This document shows positions 1-13,050 of a stretch of DNA of 64,000 nt, one piece after another. The stretch is from positions 299,770,001 to 299,834,000 of the forward strand of contig OZ024740.1 in NCBI GenBank assembly GCA_964016885.1, given 5' to 3'. Position 1 is the first letter of the stretch, and the number at the start of each line of letters is the position of its first letter. This DNA comes from Eledone cirrhosa. Lineage: Eukaryota. A program made the position numbers and the translations under genes. The notes under the pieces are model-generated. The model had not been told where the DNA came from. It saw only the letters and a list, made by a program, of their open reading frames with translations, and did not search any database.

Positions 1-848
1 CAAACGTATTTATTTTACGAAAGCACAGACGGCTTACGTCATTGTTACTGCCGATATGCCACCCGAAAAGTCCCACTACTTTTGGCACAAGGTCATCAAT
101 TACATAGTAAACGGTTCGTAAATCACATGCATCACTGACGAGTTTACTCGTTACTCTACCAGTTAGTCTTAGTGTACTTCGTCCTGCTTTTACGTCATGC
201 GTCGAATGAAGAGATACCCCATTGGCCGAAATACTGCGAAAGCTGCAAGAAAAAGAACAAGACGGGCAAACGAATCATCAATGGAATCTGCTATTCGACG
301 GTCGCAAGATGCTGAACGTACTGCCACCAGAAGAGCACTTGAAACAGACAACCAACGAACCATTCACCGAACCGTGTCAGCTTTGCAATGTCTATCAACA
401 AATCCCAGGGTCAGAACTAGCTGTTACTGGTTTTTTGGGGGAAGAGTCATGTTTTCAACACGGGCTGCTCAAGAGTGGGAAGCAAGACAAATCTCTTTGC
501 ATATGCCCGACATTGAACATTGTGTACAAGGAGGTGCTACAATCATTGTTTAGGTAGAAGAGGCAGAAGGGGATACACACGAATGGTTGAAGAAGGACGA
601 GACTGTGTTAGCAGTACGACCAACGGCTGCTATCACACCAACAGCAGCATAAACAACAACAAAAAAGAGAAGGAACGCAATTACATGCTTTTGAAAAATC
701 TTAATGGAAAATTATTTGCCTAAACACAAAATGTAGCCACTATCCCCATGCCGAGGTATTCCGTACTTCTCTGTACTGTTTCAGAAAGGAGAGATAAACA
801 TGCCAATCTATGTTTAGAAGCCCGAGCAACGCCGGGCCACTCTGCTAG
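1..848 (+). mobile_element. Helitron, internally deleted; 3' terminus present, 5' end outside the window
   Basis: Hairpin gcccgagcaacgccgggc (820-837) followed by CTAG|t (845-848). ORF 197-553 begins with an R/E-rich 'MRRMKRYPIGRNTAKAARKRTRRANE...RRSQDAERTATRRALETDNQR' segment resembling animal Helitron Rep/Hel N-termini. Confidence 0.75.
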
Positions 849-851
849 TAT

Positions 852-922
<71 letters not shown>

Positions 923-1175
923 TAGAGGGGGGGGGGGAGACCAAAGTTGCATGCGTTTACAATCAGTTATATAACTATATATAATAATACAAGGAGGATT
1001 TGTTACGTCTTCATTACGTATATTGAATATTCAATAGACGTAAAGAAGACATAACAGATCGTCCTTGTATTATTATATGTATAGTATGATTAGCCCTACA
1101 CCTTGTCACAGACGTGAATCTAAACATCGAGTGCTCACCAGGATCAACACACATTAACTGCACATTACACTCCCT

Positions 1176-1240
<65 letters not shown>

Positions 1241-2259
1241 ATAATAGAATGAAACGAAATTTCATTTCTCACTCTTAGTACGGCACTTACTTAAATGTAA
1301 TATGTATGTATGTATACGTACATACATATATGTATACAGACGTACAGTAGTATGTATATATATACATATATGCACACATATATATATGCACGTATCGGTT
1401 TACCGAACATTTATTATAATGCTCGGTTTGTTTGTTTCTAAACAAACAGCCCGAATTACGCCGTACAGTGTATATATATATATATAGGTCTGTGTGTGTG
1501 CGATTGTGTGTGTGTGTGTGCGAGTGATTCTATTTGTTAATCTCAGTGTTTACATATGTATATGTATGTGAGTGTATACGAGAATGATAGCTACTGTTTA
1601 TTGATACTAACATCAATTGTAGGCTTTCTAATTGCTCTTGTTCTTTTAAACGGTCTGCCATTTCACTATGGTGATTATCAATTCTGAAAACTGGTTCTAA
1701 ATTAAATAAAAAATGGTAGGTATCTATTATTCTTTTCTGATGGTGAGAAAAACTAGAAGAAACAAATAAACAAAGAAAAATAAATGAAAAGAAAGCAATG
1801 ACACATTCAAATGAATATACCGAGTTGACAAACTTACATCAATTGAGATTATCTAAAATATGTTTGACAAAAACACCCTTTAGAGGTGTTTACTCTCTAA
1901 ACAGAATTAAAGTACTCTCGGCTCTCGAATATTTGTTTCTCCTGTTTATTATTGTTTCAGATTTCTCCCCTCCCCACTTATTACATTTTTCTAATATGTC
2001 TCATTTGAAAATTTTCTGTAGAAATTAAAAAAAAGAACATTACACAAGGCAAAACGAAGAACATTACTAAAAATCTGATACGTTATAAAATAAATAGTAT
2101 CAGTTGTGGACTCAATAAGTAAATTAAACAACTAATTCTGTTTAATAAAAAAACTCTACGGAAACAACCTAAAAAAACTTACAGATTTTTCAATTTCCCG
2201 CTTATTCCAATTCCCCCCATCTTATCCCCCCCCCTGCCCAATTATTCCACCCCGCCTCT

Positions 2260-2545
2260 ATTATTATGTAGTTGCGTCTGAGTTCAAATCCCACCGAGGT
2301 TAACTTTTCCTTTCATCCTTACGGGGTCGATAAAATTAAGTACCAGTAATGCACTGGGTAATTGCTGGCCTTGTGCCAAAAGTAGAAACAATTATTATGT
2401 AGTTACGTCCCTTTTCGCTCTGAATTCAAATCCCGCTGAGGTTAACTTTTTCTTTCATCCTTACGGGGTCAATTAAATATAGCATCAGTAATACACTGGG
2501 TAATTGATGGCCTTGTGCCACAAGTAGAAACAATTATTATGTAGT
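2260..2545 (+). mobile_element. Two tandem 5'-truncated copies of the dominant tRNA-derived SINE
   Basis: Each copy has ga(g/a)ttcaaatccc (B-box like)...tttcatccttacggggtc...ggccttgtgcc...gtagaaacaattatt; attatgtagt flanks and separates the copies. Confidence 0.85.
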
Positions 2546-2549
2546 CAAC

Positions 2550-2800
2550 TATAGGAATAAGTACCGCTTAACAGATTTTACAGGCAAAACCAACTGGCAG
2601 GAGACCCAGGGGTAGGCCCGAGGCAAGATGATTTGATAACTTCCATGAACTCGGCTGATCTCGCTTAGGGATCCAGCTGGATCGGTGGGAAATGGTTGCT
2701 TCTGACAGGACCCTCTGGAAGGAGTGTTTGAGGACTCTGTCCTCAAGACCCTCTCAGGAAAAAAGTGGGCGAAAAAGAAGGAAGAAGAGAAGAAGAACTA
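2550..2800 (+). mobile_element. RTE-type LINE 3' end with (GAA)n-like tail
   Basis: Translates to 'QILQAKPTGRRPRGRPEAR', the RPRGRP C-terminal motif of RTE ORFs, followed by a GAA-rich tail; homologous inverted copy at 7420-7580. Confidence 0.7.
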
Positions 2801-2879
2801 AAAAGCCATATGGCTAAAGATAGCCAGCACTATTACAAAATATTCAGAAATACAGTTTTGAATAATTAGGTTTTATTAC

Positions 2880-3330
2880 AGTCACTTTCATTTGCCTCTA
2901 TTTGTTTAGATCGATGACTCCGTGCTAAGTACTGAAACGTACTCTGTCAACTGTAATGTATTTTAAGTTTCTTTCATCACCATATATTCCTTCCAAAGCT
3001 TCCTAACACAAGCATTACCCTCATGCAACGTCGATATCTCAAACTAAATATTCTCTGATAAGATAATTCTAATCTTGTCTTCTTCAAGAGACCGAAGCCG
3101 AAATTAATGCATATATCAAGAAATTATTATCACACTCACCCACGATTAAATAAAACGACACAACAACTAGAATCCCCATTGCTACAACAAATGATATGCC
3201 TTAACATCCTCGATAATCCCTCGTGACAAATGTGCATCCTCAAAATAGCAAAGCCTGTTTCAGTGTTATAGCTCCTACTTCTGCAACAGAAAGTATTTCA
3301 ATGCCCCAAATGATTAACCCTTTACACCAG
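2880..3330 (+). mobile_element. Degenerate Penelope-like fragment with a decayed hammerhead motif
   Basis: aga-TCGATGA-...-GAAA-cg-TA-ctct at 2908-2945; downstream sequence weakly resembles the GIY-YIG C-terminal region. Confidence 0.35.
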
Positions 3331-4194
3331 TTATATTTGCAGGCCCTACACTGATTTTTAATTAGTACTTCTCCCTCAAAACATTAACATTCTGAAATTC
3401 ATTCCCTAAATGTGGGTTTCTACGATTGTACACCTCTAGGATTCAAGATGAAAGTGAACTGCTTTAAAGACTTCGTTCACGAACGCCCAGTCGTCTTCGC
3501 CAAACCAAATCAATAAAACAAAAAAATTACATTACAGTTGTATAGAATAAAAGATTCTTAGTGGTATATTTTAAGATACATTACCAAATAAGTAGAGATA
3601 GAGTGGATGATATCGGGAGCAAGGCAGTATTTTATTGATACTGACCCAACTAGTTCAAAGAACATGATACCATTTTAATAACAATGAAAATTGTTCAAAG
3701 CAAAGAGAAATAGAACACATCTTCACTAGTGGCTATTGTGGGTTAGTGAATAAATATTTGTGAATCAGTCAAATGGCTTTCTTTTGGAGCGAGACTAGAT
3801 TGTCTAAGTCTATGAGACGAGCATCTTTCAAGACAGCAAATAAAAATGTGTCATCCATGCATTTTATAGTGATAATGAAAATTTAAAGTATATTCTGGTT
3901 CTGGGGAAGATACGTAATCTTCAAGAAGTTTACGAATTGTTATTGACACCTAGCCAAATCATTTAATGCTGGTTTCGAAAACTGACAAGGATGCATATTG
4001 AAAAATCTCCTATTCATATTCTCCGCGAACAGTATTGATATTCGCAGCTAGGTTAGATATTGAATCACAATTGGTGGGTGTAGGAGCCGTCGGCTGGAAT
4101 TTGCAGAAGACATGATGTTAACTAACTCGTCGGAAAGTTATCACCGATATGCCCTAGATATATTTGCTGCCAAGTGTTACAATGTTAGGAATAA

Positions 4195-4540
4195 AAGTCA
4201 TTGCGTTGAAGACAGAAACACTCGTTCTCACAAGAAAGCCTCCACAGTGAATTCTGCATGCTAGTGGAGTTCGACTGAAGGAGATGAAGACGTGCAGGTA
4301 TGTCGACCCCGCGTTCACGGTGTTCTAATGTGCAAGAGTTTGCACTCAGTCATCAAAGTAAGAGAGTGGGAGGTAAACCGACCTCGTTGCCTTTAATTCG
4401 TTGTTCCTGCCTGCCCTCGGCTATGGTCATGACTCTTAGTTATAGTTAAAGAGCGAAATAATGCGATCGTGAATAAAAACAGACACGGTGAGGATCTTCA
4501 GAAAATGTTTCTAGAAGAAGAAGAAGAAGAAGAAGAAGAA
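4195..4540 (+). mobile_element. Decayed RTE-like reverse transcriptase fragment
   Basis: Homologous to 18730-19040 (acactcgttctc...gagttc(g/a)actgaag...ctatg(g/a)tcatga); encodes a decayed 'L.YGH..W' motif; ends in (GAA)n. Confidence 0.55.
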
Positions 4541-5785
4541 TATTTCCATCGTCTTGCAACAATGATAAGAAAATAAAAAAAAAACAACACAACAGAATTA
4601 GTAGACTGTCAGGTACAATGAAAACAAAGTGTCGCTAGGAAAACATTTAGTAAATGTTATCTTAGCATATCTAGTTAGGAAAGCTAGGAAAGCTTCACTG
4701 GATGTTGGAATGGTACGTTACGAAGGAAAGTGGCTACTTATCCCAAGCATGCATGCATGAAGTTTGCCTTGTGAAAAATAAAGTTTCATACAAATGAAAA
4801 ATCTAAAGAAACCCTCGATGATGAATGGAATTATCGACAGGAATAAGGCTTTGGAATAAGTATTCCTGGGAATGAAATCCGAGAATATGACCAGTTGACA
4901 GGCATAGTTGTTGCAACCTATACCTGGCCGGAATCTAGTGGAGTTTAAATGGACATATGGAAGAGATAGTAGAAGTAACAACAATCGCAGCAGATTCTAC
5001 AGCCCAACATTTTGCATAGAGTCACCGGTTGTGGAAAAAGCTGCCACACATAACACTAAAGGTTCTCCTCTCAGAATAGGATCTCATACACGAAAGACAA
5101 TGAGAAGAACGAAGAAGATGGGTATGAAGGCCAAAATATCGGAGATAGTCAAGTAAAAATAAAGAAAAATCACAGACCGAAGACAACCCATATCGAGAAA
5201 GAGATGCATACCTCACTCGAGAATTCATAAAATCAAGAGTTATCCGGATAGCAAACAGAGCACTGCTTGTATTGATAGAGGTGGTGATGGTGTAAGGCTT
5301 TACTGAGCAATTAAATGATAGACAGGTACAAGTCTATGATAGAAGAGCTACAGGTTGTAGCACATAGGTTGAAGAGATTACGGTTACTACTACAGAGCTT
5401 CCAGTGAGTTTATGAATGTTTCGCCAGTAACACTGTGCATATAGTTGTATATACAAAACACTTAGAAGACATATACAGTTGAATGGTTCATCACTATTTA
5501 CTTACGCTTTTGTGTAGTGCCTGGGATCGAATCACACAAGAGTTAACTTTGTTTTAATAAGCCTGAATCTCATTCAACTAATGAAAATCGGATTGTTCAG
5601 TGTGAAATATGAAGGGGGAATGTTTGTAAATAATTCTATTATATGTAAGGTAATAATATATTCCCAGAGGCCATAGAAATATCACATTATTCAAACTATA
5701 TAATTATCTTTAACAATATAATATTGATATTATATTTGGTTCTTCCATAGACGCCATATTAATTTAGATGTTATTTACCTTTCAG

Positions 5786-5809
5786 ATTAAGAATGGAGGC
5801 TATGAAGAC
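5786..5809 (+). CDS. Candidate 24-nt micro-exon of a host gene (IKNGGYED in phase 0, or LRMEAMK in the other open frame)
   Basis: Acceptor ttatttacctttcag|, consensus donor |gtaagt, length a multiple of 3, in unique-looking AT-rich sequence. Confidence 0.5.
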
Positions 5810-6504
5810 GTAAGTTAATTTCTTCTTTCAAATAAATTCAGTTTCTGAAACAACGTGTTTATCATACACTTATTTTTACGACACTATTACTAACATAAAC
5901 ACGACGCTGTATAGCGATACTACCACTATTACAATCACCACAAGTAAAACCATCTCCATAAAAATAACTAGTTCACTGTTCGCCGACATCACCAATATAA
6001 ATGATAGTACCAATATTTACTCTACTACCACCACCAGAGGAACAACCAATATTAAAACTAACACCTATAGTTCCATTGTCACAATTCGCACAAATACCTA
6101 CCGGCTACTCCGAGCTATTCACACATTGAGGAAGGTTTGTTGTTAGTATATATTAATCATATCTTGATTATGTTATTTTCTATTTTACAAGTATGTAACC
6201 TCACCTTGTCTTTCTACAAACTACTTTACTTTCCAGCCCTTGCGGCTAATAAAGACACTATTATTACTATATGTTTGGATGTTGCTTTGTCTTTGTATGA
6301 ATTGACATCCCCTCTCACCAAGAAACCTCAAGATAAAACAAGTTCAAGTGTGCATTATAAGTAGCATGATATATGTAATGTAGTTCAGTAATGAGGATTT
6401 CAGTTTTAATCGTTGTCGGTAAAGGGCGCTTATATCTTCTTCTAGATGTTTGGCGGCTGCAACCTACCACTTTTGCTCTCCTCAAATATTACTGCAAATA
6501 TAGA

Positions 6505-6697
6505 ATCTTAAAGTAATTTTATCTGAAACATAATATACGTGGCTCTTTTGTTATGAATCTGGTTCAGCTTTAGCTTCAGCGTCATCAGAACCAAATCATG
6601 ATCACTGTTGACATCTACGCCAGAAAAAGCCCTAGTCCTGGCCTTATTTATACCGGACTTGAATGTTCGATGTTCGACGATGATGTAAATTTGGTAC

Positions 6698-6700
<3 letters not shown>
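6505..6700 (-). mobile_element. LINE AP-endonuclease C-terminal fragment
   Basis: 'KARTRAFSGVDVNSDHDLVLMTLKLKL' contains the SDH catalytic motif of APE domains. Confidence 0.75.
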
Positions 6701-6733
<33 letters not shown>

Positions 6734-7419
6734 CAAACCACTGCTTTGTAGCGCATCATGCAAGAGAGGCACATAGGAATGTTTAGATATGCTATCATTG
6801 ACATTTCAGAACACATTACAAATTGCATGACAACGGAATTATAATGCATGTTTATTATCATTGAAATAACAATTGTGATTTTGTTAAATCCAAAGCAATA
6901 TTTTTGTTTTGCCACTATATGCTAGGCTAGAATTAATTAGCAGTACCACTAACATAACGTGTTTCATAATAGAGATGTGTAAAAAGACATATACGCTATG
7001 ATTTTGTATAATAAACAAACCAATGTCGCTATTAATAGATTATATTATAAAATGTGATCAATTTAGTTTAATACAGAAACACGTGATTGATATTCTCACA
7101 CGGCGATAACTGTGACGTGATCAGAACTTAAAATATTCATAGCGATACTCTTGTTCGTGATGATCGCGGTGATGTTTAAGAAACAAATTATACGTGACAC
7201 AACAATATCATTGAACAATTGTTCTCGAAATCACATTTAGTACTGTATTCTCAGCATCTTTTTACATTTTATATTATTTGTTTTTCATCTTCCATTTTAT
7301 TATGTGAAATATTTATGTAAATATGATTCCCTATTGCCCGAAAAATAAATTTACACATTAATCACACATCGATATTTATCTTTTCAACTAGAGATTTAGA
7401 TGAAAACTACATGCCTCCT

Positions 7420-7580
7420 TTCTTCTTCTTCTTCTTCTTCTTCTTCTTCTTCTTCTTCTTCTTCTTCTTCTTCTTCTTCTTCCAGCGGGTCCTGTCAGAA
7501 GCAGCCGTTTCCAACTGATCCAGCTGCATCTCCAAGCGAGGCCAGCCGAAATCATCAATGTTATCCAGCCATCTTGTTCG
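7420..7580 (-). mobile_element. RTE 3' end with (TTC)n tail (same family as 2550-2800)
   Basis: gggtcctgtcagaagcagccgtttccaactgatccagctg is the reverse complement of the 2670-2715 segment; about 20 TTC units. Confidence 0.7.
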
Positions 7581-8452
7581 GTGTCGCAGGAATCCTATTT
7601 CGGCCGCTTGTAATCGCGATCGTATTCTTTATCCTTTTAGAATATCATTGTGACCAAATCTACGAGACTTAGTTTTCAAAAGTGAAGCTAATCTAGTTTT
7701 AAATACAATTTCCTTAATTCCCACCAATATTGAGGTGGTGGGATAGCTATAACTCTGTTAATTATTCTCCGTAAATTTACTGTTGCTGTAGCCAGTAGTG
7801 TTGTAGTATAAGTGTTAAACTGCTTTTCATTCCATCAAAATATGTAGAAGACCCATTACATGCACACCCCGCCAAAATACGCAAGAAAGCTATATTTCTA
7901 GGCCGTGAATTAGAAGCATCGTCTGAGTATCGAGTTAAATCCTTCGCCATATTTTTCCGACTATCTGCTCCCTGAATTCGAATTCTGTGAGATAAACTGT
8001 GTATTTCACACTTTCGGAATTGAGAAATAAAGTACGAATCCAGGCAGTGATTTGGGGGAATTGTTGCACTGCCAGAATCAAACAGATTTAAAGTGATATG
8101 ATTATTAGAAACTTAGTAGAGTGGAACTGTACCGGCCTGCACATAGGAATATATCGTCAACAAAGACGTCGGCCAAATTCTGGTTTGTTATGACTGATCT
8201 CTATACCTTTAACGATTTTGATACTTCTGTATTTGAACAAACTACAATATACGGATTCTTAGTGTCGGTTGGTTCATACAGCTTTTCTTATAAATATTCG
8301 AAATGACCTTAAGTCATGCAGTATATGATATTAACTACGATCAGTTTGTTTCTAATTATATCTCATCATATCCGTATCGCAGTAGTTGTAACGAAATATG
8401 ACCAGATGTGATTTACTATTACCACATTATACCAAATACATATCATGTATAG

Positions 8453-8672
8453 CAATAAATATGACTAAATATGACCAGCTTTGCCGAACATTAGATGTTG
8501 TATTACAATAAATATGACTGAATATGACCAGCTTTGCCGAACAGTAGATGGTGTATTACAATAAATATGACTAGATATGACCAGCTTTGCCGAACATTAG
8601 ATATTGTATTACAATAAATATGACTAGATATGACCAGATTTGCCGAACATTAGATATTGTATTACAATAAAT
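8453..8672. repeat. Minisatellite, 53-bp unit, about 4.1 copies
   Basis: Unit caataaatatgact..atatgaccag.tttgccgaaca.tagat..tgtatta starts at 8453, 8506, 8559, 8612 and (partial) 8665. Confidence 0.95.
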
Positions 8673-9651
8673 CTAACCAAACCGAATTGATTTAATACAC
8701 AAATATTACCAAACTCAGGTAAAATATTGAAACTCATATAATTTAGACCATGCATTCATGTATTAAGTTAAATATTTTATTGACCACACGACATTTATGA
8801 AATTAATACGGAAGAATATTCACGATTTCTAACTCATATATTGGAAGTTAACCAAATAATGTTAGCTCCACAAGACAATTATGTAAAAATCTGTTTAATT
8901 CTGGAATTAATGTGTTCCATTATTTACTTATATATTTACACAAGTCTTGCTCAAACTTGATTAGGACCACATCAGAAACATTTCAGCAGTAGACTCTATC
9001 CTTCGTAAATAGAAAGTGTCACGTGATTTCTAAGTCCTGTGTAATGGAAAGATTGTCATAATCAATTGCGGAGTTAGATGTGTATGATATTCTCTCTGAG
9101 ACTGCCGTATTAGTACTGAGAGGATACTTTATAATATCTTTATCATAATGTGTCATCGACAAAACGTCAGCGCTCAGTTGATAACGTTTAATTATATTGA
9201 ACCGATACTGATATCTCACCTTAATGTTTGCTCGCTCATTGAGGAAAGAGGCGGATGTTGGTGGCAATATCTCCTGAAATTGTTTCGCCTTTGGTGAATG
9301 ATTTCCACCGTTCTTTCATTCATACAATATGTTCAGATTTCGGCAAATTAACACACAAAAACACCCGACCCTCTAAAAGGAAATACATCGTTATGAATTT
9401 CTTTCTCGAATTTCTTTTGTGGTTTAATGTTATCTGACACTTGGCAAATGCAAGGGAGCATTTCAGTGCCTAATCCATACCTCAACAATATCGCATTTCC
9501 CAACGGCAGTGTCCTTGCCACATTAATTTATTAACAACGAATACAATTCCTATTTATTTTCTATTAAAGTAAGATCACATAAAAGATTAACTTGGTGCCC
9601 ATACTCAAACAAATCACAAATCACGTGCTCACCCACACAATACACACACAC

Positions 9652-9749
<98 letters not shown>

Positions 9750-9809
9750 GTGTGTGTGTGTCCCTCTGTCTCTCTCTATATATATGTATATATATATATA
9801 TATTTGTTT

Positions 9810-10280
9810 AATATAGAAGAGCTTCCACAGGTCTAGAACTGTTTCATTCGTGAGAAATCATCAGGAAGTTGGCTGTCCAAGTAAGTGGTAGTATTTATAT
9901 CTTTTCTTTTCTGGTGGTAGAAGAGGGTGGGGATTGGGATGGGTGGAGGTCATTGGTTGATGGATTTAAAGAAAAGGGAGTTCATTAAAAGCTAATTCTT
10001 TAAAGCTATAATATTAACAAAGGCAGAAAGAATACTGTAAACAAATTCAAGTTTGGAATAGCAATCCTAGTCTATCACTTAGACTAACAATGCTTGTAAG
10101 ACAGGTGTCTACAGGATGGTTGTGGTTCAATGGTTTAAAGAAAAGGGAAATTCTTTAGAAACTAATTCTTTAAGGCTAAAATAAGGATGACAAAGGCAGA
10201 AAGGGTTCCATCAACAGATTCAAGTGTTGGGGTGATTCCTCTTATTGTGAAGTTCCTCTTAATATATATTCCAGGTGTCA
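9810..10280 (-). mobile_element. Penelope-like 3' fragment/pLTR with hammerhead; inverted partner at 11975-12325
   Basis: Near-identical reverse-complement copy at 11975-12325; hammerhead motif at 9822-9868; 10200-10275 weakly resembles the GIY-YIG 'E.L.I...P.LN' end. Confidence 0.65.
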
Positions 10281-10488
10281 ACAAGCACGTTCACACACGC
10301 ACCCACTTATACACGTACACCCACATACATGCATGCACACACACAACAAACATACATAATGGTACATACACACATACATATGTATAAATATATATATATA
10401 CATATATACATATATACGCATATACGTATACATAAATACACAGATATATATATACATGCATACACATACACACACATATACACACATA

Positions 10489-10550
<62 letters not shown>

Positions 10551-10702
10551 TATGAAAAATAGCGTGCTGCGTTTCTGCAAATGGGATACATATGAATAAA
10601 ATCTTCCAGCCGTCATTGGTATTGATTCGCATTAAAGATCATATACCTCTGGCTGGTGCGAGAAATAACTAAAAAAAGTTAGTGGGACACGCTCTAATGT
10701 TA

Positions 10703-10770
<68 letters not shown>

Positions 10771-10779
10771 TATAAATAG

Positions 10780-11295
10780 AAAAAAGGAAATTTCAATTCT
10801 CACTCTTAGTACGGCCGATACTTAAATATCAGTATGTATACGTACATATATATATATGTATACAGACGTACGTATGTATATACATACATGCACACACATA
10901 TATATATGTACGTATCGGTTTACCGAACATTTATTATAATGCTCGGTTTGTTTGTAAACAAACAGCCCGAATGATTAGCCGTACAGTGTTAGGCAACCAT
11001 CGTTTCCCTTTTGTTCAACATTGACAAAGGAACGATGAAATAGTTTCTATCTTATTTGCTGTCATCAGCACCGTATATCTTCCTGTCAGTCGATTGAACG
11101 TTTGAAAGTATATACTTTCCTTATGTATATTAACGGTTGAGCAGCCTAATTTTAATATCGAGTGAGTCAGTCGGCCGGGCGAACCGGAAAACGTAAATGG
11201 AAAAAATGAACTTTCGTTTCTCACTTTTAGTACGGCTGATACGTAAATATCAGTTTTTATATGTACACACACATATGTATACAGACGTACACTAG
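10780..11295 (-). mobile_element. About 420-bp terminally redundant hammerhead element between (TA)n tracts; partial copy at 1250-1470
   Basis: ttctcact.ttagtacggc.gatac.taaatatcagt at ~10797 and ~11218; hammerhead at 11032-11074. Confidence 0.7.
11032..11074 (-). ncRNA. Minimal type-I hammerhead ribozyme motif
   Basis: acggtg-CTGATGA-cagcaaataagata-GAAA-ctat-TT-catcgt; 6-bp helix I including one G-U pair. Confidence 0.6.
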
Positions 11296-11355
11296 ATGTA
11301 TATACATACATACATACACACACATACACACACACACACTCACACACACACACGT

Positions 11356-11415
<60 letters not shown>

Positions 11416-11416
11416 T

Positions 11417-11473
<57 letters not shown>

Positions 11474-11480
11474 CACACAC

Positions 11481-11517
<37 letters not shown>

Positions 11518-11524
11518 TACATAT

Positions 11525-11600
<76 letters not shown>

Positions 11601-11974
11601 TTATATATATAGAGATGTTATATAGTAAGGTGTATTATTGCTTGTGTCAACCGGTCCAATAAATTTTGTTCGCAAATGAAGTACTCCACGTTTTTGTATA
11701 TCTCCAATTCCATTTATGGGAACAGCTAGATGATGTAAAACGGAGTATTTGTATCAAAATAAAGATCGGAAGGCATGGTATAAATTTCCAATCATTCTAC
11801 TCACGACACATGTATCAATAAGATATAGATCGTTCGTGCGGCCATGATCGATTATCAAAGAACTCGTCAGGTGAAAATGTCTTCAAATCCTTGATATGAG
11901 GGAGAAAATTAACGATGTTCACTCACAGAGTTATATGAGGGACTTAACTCTGTGAGTGAACATCGTTAATTTAA

Positions 11975-12325
11975 AGAGTTAGCTTCTAAAGAATTTCCCT
12001 TTTCTTTAAACGAATGAAACCCACCCATCCTGTAGACACCTGTCTTACAGGCATTGTTAGTCTAAGTGATAGACTAGGATTGCTATTCCAAACTTGAATT
12101 TGTTTACAGTATTCTTTCTGCCTTTGTTAATAAAAGAATTAGCTTTTAATGAACTCCCTTTTCTTTAAATCCATCAACCAATGACCTCCACCCATCCCAA
12201 TCCCCACCCTCTCCTACCACCAGAAAAGAAAATATATAAATACCACCACCTACTTGGACAGCCAGCTTCCTGATGATTTCTCACGAATGAAACAGTTCTA
12301 GTCCTGTAGAAGATCTTCTATATTA
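11975..12325 (+). mobile_element. Penelope-like pLTR copy, inverted relative to 9810-10170
   Basis: Reverse-complement match over about 350 bp; carries a hammerhead. Confidence 0.65.
12266..12312 (+). ncRNA. Type-I hammerhead ribozyme motif
   Basis: cttc-CTGATGA-tttctcacgaat-GAAA-cag...ctg-TA-gaag: intact core, helix I cttc/gaag, GUA cleavage triplet. Confidence 0.7.
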
Positions 12326-12395
12326 AAACATTTATACTCCGCTATGTATTGAGTACCTTACTTACTATGGTTACCTCCAATTCAACCCCGAATAA

Positions 12396-12452
<57 letters not shown>

Positions 12453-12474
12453 GTGTGTAGCTGTGTGTGTCTCC

Positions 12475-12562
<88 letters not shown>

Positions 12563-12563
<1 letters not shown>

Positions 12564-13050
12564 GTATAAATATATCGTATCTCCAAAGAAATACGGTTTT
12601 AGGAAGCCGTAGCTATGCAAACAGCGAGGGGCTAACGCCTTCTGGTGATGTTCAGCAGAAGCAATGGGGGGACAACCGTCTATGCATTTCAGGCTTAACT
12701 GGCCTTCGCCAGGACGGGCCCTCCCACTTGCGATTGCTGGACTAGAAGACAGGCGAGAATATATACTTTTCTCGTCAGTGTAAATGAGGTGATTAATCTC
12801 ATTTGCATATGAAGCTGCAAAAGTTGGCTCAACACAGACTTGAAAAGTATATATTCTCGCCTGTCTTCTAGTCCAGCAGTCGCAAGCGGTGGGTGGGCCC
12901 GTCCTGACGAAGGCCAGTTAAGCCTGAAATGCATAGATGGTTGTCCTTCTTGGTTCTGCTGGACATCACCATAGCGCGTTAGCCCCCGGTGTTTGCATAG
13001 CTACGGCTTCCTAAAAGCGTATTTCTTTGGAGATACGAAATATTTATACA
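12563..13050. mobile_element. Fold-back element: about 208-bp inverted arms, each with a hammerhead, and a ~70-bp spacer
   Basis: 12563-12770 is the diverged reverse complement of 12843-13050; flanked by TA-rich sequence. Confidence 0.85.
12899..12940 (+). ncRNA. Minimal type-I hammerhead ribozyme (cleanest example)
   Basis: ccgtc-CTGACGA-aggc cagttaa gcct-GAAA-tgca-TA-gatgg: 5-bp helix I, 4-bp stem II, palindromic ATGCAT stem III. The - strand copy at 12676-12717 has the core mutated to CTGGCGA. Confidence 0.8.

Noticed and set aside
222-557. 111-aa alternative-frame ORF
   Set aside because: It overlaps the Helitron-like frame and has no recognisable motif; probably a shadow ORF.
4560-5400. 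Possible gene from ORFs 4718-5228
   Set aside because: Short, overlapping, motif-less ORFs next to LINE debris; most likely a highly decayed retroelement that I cannot classify.
8453-8672. CRISPR-like periodicity
   Set aside because: Whole 53-bp units repeat with no unique spacers, there are no cas genes, and the context is eukaryotic.
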